DNA of 64,000 bases, taken from IMG/VR virus record IMGVR_UViG_3300021963_000039. One strand, written 5' to 3'. The notes under the pieces were generated by a model. That model did not search any database. It was not told the DNA's origin and was given only the letters and a program-made list of their open reading frames with translations. Origin of the DNA: an uncultured virus (IMG/VR IMGVR_UViG_3300021963_000039). Lineage: Duplodnaviria; Heunggongvirae; Uroviricota; Caudoviricetes. Within the stretch, counting starts at the first letter, position 1. Each line of letters opens with the position of its first letter. The position numbers and the translations under genes are program-made. Of the stretch, positions 39,629 to 46,897 are shown in pieces.

Positions 39629-41113
39629 TCAGAACGTAAACTTAGTCTGAATTACGCCACCCCACTTGGAGGAGTTTTGATAACGTTGGTTGTTATCAGC
39701 ATAAAATATTGCCGGAGTAATACTAATGTTATCGGTGACTTGATACTTATAGAAGATCTCAATCATCAGAGCATCAGATACTTTTGAAACTTCTGCCGAG
39801 GGTGCTTGACCCACAGCAACGCCAGCACTATTACCCTTGGCAAATACATCAGACCACTGAAGACCAGCAAACCATGAATCTGAGTTCGTAGCACCATTTT
39901 TACCAACACGACCAGTTACGGAGTTATATCCATAACCGGCACTGATAGAAGGAACCCAACCAGATTCAACAGGTTGCCAATAAGCATTCAGAGCAACAGA
40001 GTTTGATTCCTGACCACTATCAAGAGTACCATTGGCACCCAGAAGACCGTTGTAGGTGCGAGGACGAGTGTTAACACCACCATAGCGGTAACCAACAGCA
40101 ACTCCCCACTGAGGAGCACGATAACCCACCTGAGCGAGCACGTTTAGACCACCATCAGAATCAAATACACCTGTTTCAGAAAACTCACCATCTTGTGCGA
40201 CATAGTTCACACCAGCCATGAAACCACCTTGACCTTTTTGAGTAGGTTGTTTCCATTGAGCACCAAAACCAGCACCAGTTGCCTTGTTATAGACACCCGA
40301 AGTACCGGCAAGTTGGAAGAAGTCAAGGATTTCTGACTTATAGGCAGAAGGAATCCACGACATCTCGGTGTTACGAACCAAAGGACCAGCAGTTAGAGTT
40401 ACACTCTTACCGACTGGGAATTGATAGTAAAGACGATCAATCACTGCTTGGTCGGAATATGATTCTGCCTTATCAAGTTTGAACAGAGAAGAGGAAGAAC
40501 CAAAAGGATCAGAACTAAAGTTTCCTGAACGGAGACGAGTACGAAGCAAATCCTTACCCGTGAATGAAGTATCAAAGTTCAGACGGAGATCATAGTTGAA
40601 TGCGGTGTTGCCGACGTTTCCACCTTTATTCGTTTTAAGACCAGGAACTCCACCAAGAACGAAGTTTGCTTCACCCTTGAGTTTGGTTGTAGTAGAAAAT
40701 TGTGTTGCCTGAAGTTGACCAACTTTATTCTCAAGACCATCCACACGAGAAGTCAATACAGTCAATTCTGCATCAAATTCTGCTAGGAGTTTTTTGAGTT
40801 CATCAGTAACTTCTGTTACACGATCCAGACAAGCATTAAGAAGAGCAGCAGCCTCAAAGCGAGTCATTGACTGACCGCCCTTATAGGTTCCGTTAGGATA
40901 TCCTGCTACGCAACCATAACGCTCTACAAGATTGCTGAGTGCTTGATATGCCCAATCAGTTGTTTGGACATCAGAGAATTGAGTAATGCTAGTAACTTGT
41001 TCTGAAGAGGCATATTGATTTACACCCTCAAGATTCAGTTCAGCAGCAGTTGCGATAGGAGCGATAAGTCCTAGAGCAACCGGAGCAAGCATTAATTGTT
41101 GAAAAAATTTCAT
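39629..41113 (-). CDS. cyanobacterial outer-membrane porin (SLH + OprB-type barrel, Som-like)
   Basis: Signal peptide, QVTSITQFSDV..DWAYQAL..ERYGC..TRFEAAA SLH domain, C-terminal F; CTAAATA at 41145-41151. Confidence 0.93.
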   Translation of the reverse strand: MKFFQQLMLAPVALGLIAPIATAAELNLEGVNQYASSEQVTSITQFSDVQTTDWAYQALSNLVERYGCVAGYPNGTYKGGQSMTRFEAAALLNACLDRVTEVTDELKKLLAEFDAELTVLTSRVDGLENKVGQLQATQFSTTTKLKGEANFVLGGVPGLKTNKGGNVGNTAFNYDLRLNFDTSFTGKDLLRTRLRSGNFSSDPFGSSSSLFKLDKAESYSDQAVIDRLYYQFPVGKSVTLTAGPLVRNTEMSWIPSAYKSEILDFFQLAGTSGVYNKATGAGFGAQWKQPTQKGQGGFMAGVNYVAQDGEFSETGVFDSDGGLNVLAQVGYRAPQWGVAVGYRYGGVNTRPRTYNGLLGANGTLDSGQESNSVALNAYWQPVESGWVPSISAGYGYNSVTGRVGKNGATNSDSWFAGLQWSDVFAKGNSAGVAVGQAPSAEVSKVSDALMIEIFYKYQVTDNISITPAIFYADNNQRYQNSSKWGGVIQTKFTF

Positions 41114-41172
41114 ATAGTTTGTTAAGAAATACAACTACGATGTTTATTTAGCTCCCCTGATATTTGAGGGGA

Positions 41173-41243
41173 AGCGGATACACGGATTTGAACCGAGGAT
41201 AAAAGTTTGGAAAACTCTTGTGTTACCACTACACCATATCCGC
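41173..41243 (-). tRNA. tRNA-Gly(TCC)
   Basis: GCGGATA/TATCCGC acceptor, TTTCCAA anticodon loop, U discriminator; own TTGACA-17-TATAAT promoter at 41254-41282. Confidence 0.9.
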
Positions 41244-41281
41244 ATTTGAAAGAATTATAAGACATAATGAGTATTATGTCA

Positions 41282-41355
41282 AGCCCCCAGCGAGGATTTG
41301 CACCCGCGACTATCGCTTACAAGGCGATTATTTTAACTACTACAACTATGGGGGC
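41282..41355 (-). tRNA. tRNA-Thr(TGT)
   Basis: GCCCCCA/TGGGGGC acceptor, ATCGC-CTTGTAA-GCGAT. Confidence 0.85.
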
Positions 41356-41435
41356 AAATAAAAGCAGGGTCTCTTGGATATACCGCAGTTCTTACTTTTA
41401 AATTTGGAAGACCCGAACATTTCCAGACCTTCCAA

Positions 41436-41508
41436 CTCCCCTCCTAGGTAACGCTCCTAGCTATCTCGAATTAACAGTTCGGCCCATTCGCTTGCTTGGT
41501 CGAGGGGA
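41436..41508 (-). tRNA. tRNA-Asn(GTT)
   Basis: TCCCCTC/GAGGGGA acceptor, CTGTTAA loop, G discriminator; atypical T-loop AGCGTTA. Confidence 0.75.
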
Positions 41509-41625
41509 ATGATGGTAGGAGGGATTTCTATGTGCCGATAGAATCACCTTTCACATCATCTAGCAGAAACCAGAGAGCGGTGTTGCACTTCCTACATTTT
41601 GATAGAGGCGCCTCTATCAGTTTAT

Positions 41626-41654
41626 ATATTACACCATTTCTGGGATGGTGTCAA
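41626..41654 (-). promoter_or_regulatory. sigma70-like promoter for Asn/Thr tRNA transcript
   Basis: TTGACA-17-TAATAT. Confidence 0.65.
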
Positions 41655-42121
41655 GTCCAAAGATTATGATCATATTCCCAATGACAATTTGGGCACAAAG
41701 GCATTATATTTTGTTTTGAGTTTATTTCACTAATCAATATATCATCACTAAAGGAAGAAATGGGTTTTATATGTGCAACTTCTATATGTTTATTATATCC
41801 ACATTTAAGACACTCAGTAAATCCAAGTTTTTTAGCAATTGCTCTCGCTCTTGTTCTTACCAAGGAGAATGCCGATGACTTGTGGTGATTTTCATATATC
41901 GCTTCTTTAAGAGTCATATCTTTTACTTCTTTATTCTTTATCCATATCAAATAGTGTTCCATACAACGAGCACGATTTGCTGTTATTGGTTTTCCACAAT
42001 CCAAACATTTATGTTCAGGTTTTCTTTTAGGAACCTTTTTATTGTTATAAGAAGCAGCACAACTTCTACTGCAAAATTTGGGATTAGAAGTATGCTTTTC
42101 GCAAAATAAACATTTAATCAT
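41651..42121 (-). mobile_element. free-standing HNH homing endonuclease in tRNA cluster
   Basis: KFCSRSC, CLKC...IEVAHIKP...NIMPLCPNCH; inserted between tRNA genes. Confidence 0.85.
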
Positions 42122-42123
42122 AA

Positions 42124-42165
42124 TGGAACCTTTAGTTACTATTATTTATACGCTAAAAGGTTCCA
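42124..42165 (-). promoter_or_regulatory. RBS-sequestering hairpin with T4-type late promoter in loop
   Basis: TGGAACCTTTTAG-cgTATAAATAatagtaa-CTAAAGGTTCCA-tt-ATG. Confidence 0.85.
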
Positions 42166-42169
42166 AAAA

Positions 42170-42288
42170 CGTCTCGTGCAAGATTCGAACTTGCGACCCA
42201 CTGCTTATCACCTTATAAGGAATTGAACCTTATCATAACCACCCGGAAGGCGGAAGGCAGTTGTTCTAATCCGCTGAACTAACGAGAC
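42170..42288 (-). tRNA. tRNA-Arg(TCT) interrupted by 45-nt insert (42208-42252)
   Basis: GTCTCGT/ACGAGAC acceptor, D arm with A20, ACTGC-CTTC[45 nt]TAA-GCAGT, GCAAG-TTCGAAT-CTTGC; 74 nt after removing insert; TTGACA-17-TATGAT at 42297-42325. Confidence 0.85.
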
Positions 42289-42326
42289 ATAAGACAATCA
42301 TAACAGACGATGCTAGGATTGTCAAA

Positions 42327-42399
42327 TGGGTTCGGTGGGGTACGATCCCACAACCTTTGCCTTAAGAGGGCACTATTCTTCCAGTTGAATTACGAACCC
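42327..42399 (-). tRNA. tRNA-Lys(CTT)
   Basis: GGGTTCG/CGAACCC acceptor, TGCC-CTCTTAA-GGCA; T-loop ATCGTAC. Confidence 0.85.
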
Positions 42400-42474
42400 A
42401 TAAGAAGAGAAGACCCAGACCTTCTCTATGGTCTCTCAACCACCCTCATAGAATAGCACCCAAGACCCGTGCTG

Positions 42475-42663
42475 TCAATCCTTTACTTCCTTGCGGGCGT
42501 TCTTCTCTTCGGTAATCTCGCCTCTGCGGGTCTTTACCAGTTTTGACATTTCTTGTAGTGCCTTGCGAGCACGAGTACCAGCGGCATTATTACCGGCAGC
42601 GAACTTTTCGTCTTCTACTTTCCATGCTTCAACAGCGTTCAGTAGTTCTTGTGATGTAGTCAT
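42475..42663 (-). CDS. histone H1-like (Hc1-family) small DNA-binding protein
   Basis: KFAAGNNAAGTRARKALQE motif. Confidence 0.7.
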   Translation of the reverse strand: MTTSQELLNAVEAWKVEDEKFAAGNNAAGTRARKALQEMSKLVKTRRGEITEEKNARKEVKD

Positions 42664-42707
42664 AATGATCTCTATAAAAAATAAGATATGTTTATATAGG
42701 TTAAAAA

Positions 42708-43193
42708 TTACTCAAATGGTATTTCACGAGGGTCTGGAGCAACCCATGCACCACGAATACCCATGGTTCCGTCAGCAAACTCATAATAAATTGCGTTTTC
42801 CACAATCAGTTTTTGTAACTTATCATACTTTGGTTTATTGATTTCTTCCAGAATATTTTGATTTCTCATATTAATCATGCGACTTCTGTGTTCTTCTATT
42901 TCATAAGATATAATCGCATAATCAACTTCGTTTTCTATTTTTTGTTGTAGAAGTTCTGGGTCTTCATTAATGCGTTGATTGAGTTGATTATCAAACTCAT
43001 CAACCATAGTATCAGGCAAATCCCACTTTATAAGTTTTCTCAGTTCGTTATAATACTTTAGAACATCTTTTTCTGAAAAATCACATTTTACCGTTAGAAA
43101 AGCAAGAAATGATGCTACTGCTACAGCGACTATAGACGCTTTTCTGGATATTTTTAGATTGAATAGAACATTAAAGTTGGGTTTTTGTTTCAT
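42708..43193 (-). CDS. membrane-anchored hypothetical protein
   Basis: N-terminal hydrophobic helix; late promoter at 43236-43243. Confidence 0.65.
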   Translation of the reverse strand: MKQKPNFNVLFNLKISRKASIVAVAVASFLAFLTVKCDFSEKDVLKYYNELRKLIKWDLPDTMVDEFDNQLNQRINEDPELLQQKIENEVDYAIISYEIEEHRSRMINMRNQNILEEINKPKYDKLQKLIVENAIYYEFADGTMGIRGAWVAPDPREIPFE

Positions 43194-43288
43194 ATTAATC
43201 CTATATCCTAATAATTCATGATAAGGAGTTTTAAGTATTTATAAAAAAAGAGGGTTGGTTAGACCCTCTAAAGATTATCTTATGAATA

Positions 43289-44017
43289 TCAAACTGAAGT
43301 AGTAATCAGTCTCTTTGAGTAATCATAAGCATATTCAGTTCTGGCACCAGTATGCCCCCAACGAATCCACTTTCTAGCAAGTTTCATATATTGATGAATG
43401 GTCTTGCCGGGAGTTTTCATATGAGGTTCAATCATCTTCCAATCACCTTCATACAACATATAATCAAGTTGTGTATCAAGTGCGGAAGGATTGGCACCAA
43501 TACGAGCAGCATGATACCCTAGTCCTTTATACCTTGGAGCATTCGTCCACTGAATCAATCCAAAACCACCACTTCTACAAGCGTGATAAGGCACTCGGGC
43601 ACCTCCTTCACAAATGTTTGGAGTGAAGGTAGATTCTTGGCGAATATTACCCATAATGGTCGCTAGGGCATTTTTGTCAGTAACTCCACGATCCTGGAGA
43701 AACTCCAAAGTTCGTGATTCATTATGATTACATCCTTTACAAACTAATCGTGTTTTAAGGTTTTCGGGAACAACCTCTTTGGTCTCTGTTTCTTGTGTGG
43801 AATCTTTAGTCATTAAAGGATTTGTGCTGGCACTTGTTCCTTTTGTTTTTTCTCTTTCTGAAAGAACATCAGCAAGTTGAGGATTTGCTTTTTGCCATTC
43901 AGAAATACTCACGGATACATTTTCTAAAGATTGAGCCATACCTTGTGTTGGCAGTGCTACCGCTGATGTTGCAACCGCACCTAAAAGCACGGCTACATTT
44001 GTTAGGTTTTTAAGCAT
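43289..44017 (-). CDS. secreted phage-tail-lysozyme-family cell wall hydrolase
   Basis: Signal peptide; ALATIMGNIRQES, GFGLIQWT..R, TQLDYML. Confidence 0.85.
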   Translation of the reverse strand: MLKNLTNVAVLLGAVATSAVALPTQGMAQSLENVSVSISEWQKANPQLADVLSEREKTKGTSASTNPLMTKDSTQETETKEVVPENLKTRLVCKGCNHNESRTLEFLQDRGVTDKNALATIMGNIRQESTFTPNICEGGARVPYHACRSGGFGLIQWTNAPRYKGLGYHAARIGANPSALDTQLDYMLYEGDWKMIEPHMKTPGKTIHQYMKLARKWIRWGHTGARTEYAYDYSKRLITTSV

Positions 44018-44181
44018 TTAAGTTAATAGAATTCGGCATCCGTATAGAAGGGGGGTATACCAACCCTCTCGGGAGGCACCTTCCACGGCTCTAGTTTCAA
44101 GTCAAAGACTCATTATGAAAAAACCCACCTTTAGAAGCGGGTTTGGAATATTATATGTGATTATTTAGGGTTTGTCAAGAC

Positions 44182-44682
44182 CTATCTTCCAATTTTTCCA
44201 CCAGAACCAGACTCTCCAGTTCCACCACCACCATAGGTGCCTTTTGTATATTTGTCCTTTATTCTCACATCTGATGGATCTGCTGGACCCAAATCCCTTC
44301 CAGTACTCATATTAACAACTCTTCTTCTTCTACTATTAGAAACGGTTCCAACTGAACTTGCTGAATCGGGACCAATTCTACCTCTACGACCAGTTTGTGC
44401 GTATCCTGTATTGACTGTCGTTCTACCAGTCCTTTGCATCCTTGTCGCAGTAGTTTCTGGTTTTGGATCAGTATCTTTTGCTAAGGCATCGGCACCAGAT
44501 ATTCCTTTTTTAATTCTAGTTACTCTTCCAAAAATTTTTGGAGATGGTTTTTGCCTAGCATCTCTATCTAGTTTTGCTTTCCTTTGCTTTGCAGTATCAC
44601 TGGGACTTTTTTTACTTCCTTTAAGAGTTCCAGTATTCCACTTGATTTCTGCTTCTAAAATAAACTCTTGAAACGTCTTCAT
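44182..44682 (-). CDS. putative capsid-internal (injected) basic protein
   Basis: N-terminus MKTFQEFILEA resembles T4 IPII/IPIII targeting sequence MKTYQEFIAE; TATAAATA at 44699-44706. Confidence 0.75.
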   Translation of the reverse strand: MKTFQEFILEAEIKWNTGTLKGSKKSPSDTAKQRKAKLDRDARQKPSPKIFGRVTRIKKGISGADALAKDTDPKPETTATRMQRTGRTTVNTGYAQTGRRGRIGPDSASSVGTVSNSRRRRVVNMSTGRDLGPADPSDVRIKDKYTKGTYGGGGTGESGSGGKIGR

Positions 44683-44721
44683 ATGAATAGTTTCTAGTTA
44701 TTTATATTATCAGTATAAAAA

Positions 44722-44921
44722 TCAAGATCCAAAGTATTTACACGATAGAATATCGTGATCTGCAATATCAGGGTCAATCCATTCACTAAACTCCGCTAGA
44801 ATTGAATTAGCATCTTCAACACTTTTGCTTTCGTGAAATGTTTTTAGTGAGTGAATCCTATTGACAGCCCAGTTATGAGAGTACCGGAGAGTCTCTTCTA
44901 ATAGTTCTTTGTCTGCTTCCA
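44722..44921 (-). CDS. hypothetical protein (start uncertain)
   Basis: EETLRYSHNWAVNRIH...EFSEWID; TTGACA-17-TATATT promoter just upstream. Confidence 0.55.
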
Positions 44922-45015
44922 AGGTCTGATTTGATAAGGTCAGTACCAATATAATGGGTCCGTGGGTCTGTGTCAAGTGCTTTGCCTACATACTATGATT
45001 AGAAATACTTATCAT

Positions 45016-45441
45016 ATGACTTGGCAGTACAACAAAGAGGACTTTACCAGTGTACCCAAAGGTATGGAAGGATTTGTTTATGTCATTACAAATCTAACTA
45101 ATGATAAAAAATATATTGGAAAAAAGAACTTCTGGACTAGACAAAAGGACAGAAAGACTGGTCGTAGAAAAACTAAAGAAAGTGATTGGCAGAAATACTT
45201 TGGTTCTTGTGATGAACTAATTGAAGATGTAAAGTTATTAGGTCAAGATAAGTTCTCTAGAGAAATCTTGTATTTGTGCCCTCATAAGAAATCTATGAGC
45301 TATTATGAGACTATGGAACAATTCAAGCGTGATGTAATCTTAAGAGAAGATTATTATAATACGAATGTTGAAGGTAAGTTCTTTAGTAGCGAAGTAGAGA
45401 GACTTTATGAAATTGTCCTTAAGAGTTCGAACGTGTCTTAA
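45016..45441 (+). CDS. GIY-YIG family nuclease
   Basis: GFVYVITNLTNDKKYIGKK...YYN; likely start MTWQY at 45016. Confidence 0.8.
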   Translation: MTWQYNKEDFTSVPKGMEGFVYVITNLTNDKKYIGKKNFWTRQKDRKTGRRKTKESDWQKYFGSCDELIEDVKLLGQDKFSREILYLCPHKKSMSYYETMEQFKRDVILREDYYNTNVEGKFFSSEVERLYEIVLKSSNVS

Positions 45442-45479
45442 AGTACTTAAAGCTCCCTGTTCTCAAAAGCAACAAACCT

Positions 45480-45518
45480 ATTATAGCGACAAAAAAGCAC
45501 CTTGTCAAGAGGTGCTTT
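45480..45518 (-). promoter_or_regulatory. terminator hairpin fused to sigma70 promoter
   Basis: AAAGCACC-TCTTGACAA-GGTGCTTTTTT; TTGACA-17-TATAAT. Confidence 0.75.
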
Positions 45519-45542
45519 AAGTTATGTTAAGGATTGAAGATA

Positions 45543-46868
45543 TTATTTTTCATCTACTTTAGGATCATATTCTCTATATGGACCACCCAAAGGTTCCCCT
45601 GGCTTTCGCTTAGGCATACTAGTTGGGCGACCATTAGTCATCGAAGGTGGTGCTGATGGCATAGGAGATCCTTTGCGACCATTAGTTAGTGAAGGTGGTG
45701 CTGATGGCATAGGAGCTGCGTTATTTACCTCATCAAGAATCTGTTCTCTCCACTCCTCACTCATATTTGCCATAATGACAGTTGCGGATTCTTCTGTGTC
45801 AGCAAATCCCTCATCAAGTAAGTGTGATAGAATAACATCATAAAGATCTACAGTTTCAGTATCTTCTACAAGATAGTTCTCAGCGATTTCACCTATCTCA
45901 TAATCACTAAATGACTCAAGAACTTCAAATGCTTCCTCAAAGGTATTGGCATAACCTTCGTTGATTATGTCCTCAAGGATGTATGAGGCAAGAAGTTCAT
46001 ATTGCTCTGCAACTGATGTAGGTTTTCTTGCTCTTCTTGCTTCTCTTTTTTTACCAGAAGCAGCTTTCATCAACGCTGTTTGATCTTTTTTATTAGTTGC
46101 TAATGGACTTACACCACCAGGACCGGCAAATCTTGTTCCAGGTGAAGAAGAACCTGCGGCAGCGGCATCCGATTTAGCAGCAGCTTTAACTCTTCTTCCA
46201 GAAGGAAGATTTTCCCATGCTGGTTTGGGTGCCGGTTCATAATCAAAAGGAGATGATTTCGTTACAAAAGCACTTGTATCTTTACTTCTTTCTGCAGATG
46301 CTTGAGTTCTTGCCGCTCTTCTCAACTGACGACCAGTTACTCTTGCGTTTGCTTCTCTTCCTGCTTCACCACTAAACTCTTTCTTTGCGGCAGATGCTCC
46401 TGCCTTTAATGAACGACCAATTTTACCTAAGAATCCTGTAATCTTTTCTTTAGCAGAAGCAAGTCTTCCGGTTACTTTTTCTTTTGTCTTTTTAGCGCCA
46501 CCCTTAATCTTTTCTCCAGCTCTCTCCGCTGCTTGCATTACTCTACCAACTCTTACTTTCTTTCTTCTTTCTGCAGTTTTTTCTGATCTTCTATCTGAGG
46601 AGGAAGTAACTCTTGATGATCCTTCAGATGGTCTGTCCTCACTTGAAGTTACTGTTGCTTCAATTAAAACTTCGTCAAAAGCATCAAAACATTCGTCAAG
46701 AGTAACTTCTCCCTCAGAAAGAATCTCTTCCATTACCTGAACGAGTTCATTATCACTTAGATCATCAATAAAAGAAAAATCTTCTTTTATTGGTGCAGAA
46801 AGAAGTTCCTGCCTAAGATTATCATCATAAACGGCAGCATATGCTTCGTAAAGGTTGAAAGAAGTCAT
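45543..46868 (-). CDS. putative internal head protein, paralog 3
   Basis: Acidic ends (EAYAAVY; YDVILSHLLDEGFADTEE..NMSEEW), basic core; late promoter ~46899-46906. Confidence 0.7.
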   Translation of the reverse strand: MTSFNLYEAYAAVYDDNLRQELLSAPIKEDFSFIDDLSDNELVQVMEEILSEGEVTLDECFDAFDEVLIEATVTSSEDRPSEGSSRVTSSSDRRSEKTAERRKKVRVGRVMQAAERAGEKIKGGAKKTKEKVTGRLASAKEKITGFLGKIGRSLKAGASAAKKEFSGEAGREANARVTGRQLRRAARTQASAERSKDTSAFVTKSSPFDYEPAPKPAWENLPSGRRVKAAAKSDAAAAGSSSPGTRFAGPGGVSPLATNKKDQTALMKAASGKKREARRARKPTSVAEQYELLASYILEDIINEGYANTFEEAFEVLESFSDYEIGEIAENYLVEDTETVDLYDVILSHLLDEGFADTEESATVIMANMSEEWREQILDEVNNAAPMPSAPPSLTNGRKGSPMPSAPPSMTNGRPTSMPKRKPGEPLGGPYREYDPKVDEK

Positions 46869-46897
46869 TTTAATTCTTAAAGTCTTACAATTTATAT

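Noticed and set aside
42208..42252. Insert as group I or archaeal BHB intron, or gene read as tRNA-Gly(TCC)
   Set aside because: Too short for group I, no bulge-helix-bulge at the junctions; A20, G73 and the ACTGC/GCAGT stem fit Arg, and a separate tRNA-Gly(TCC) exists.
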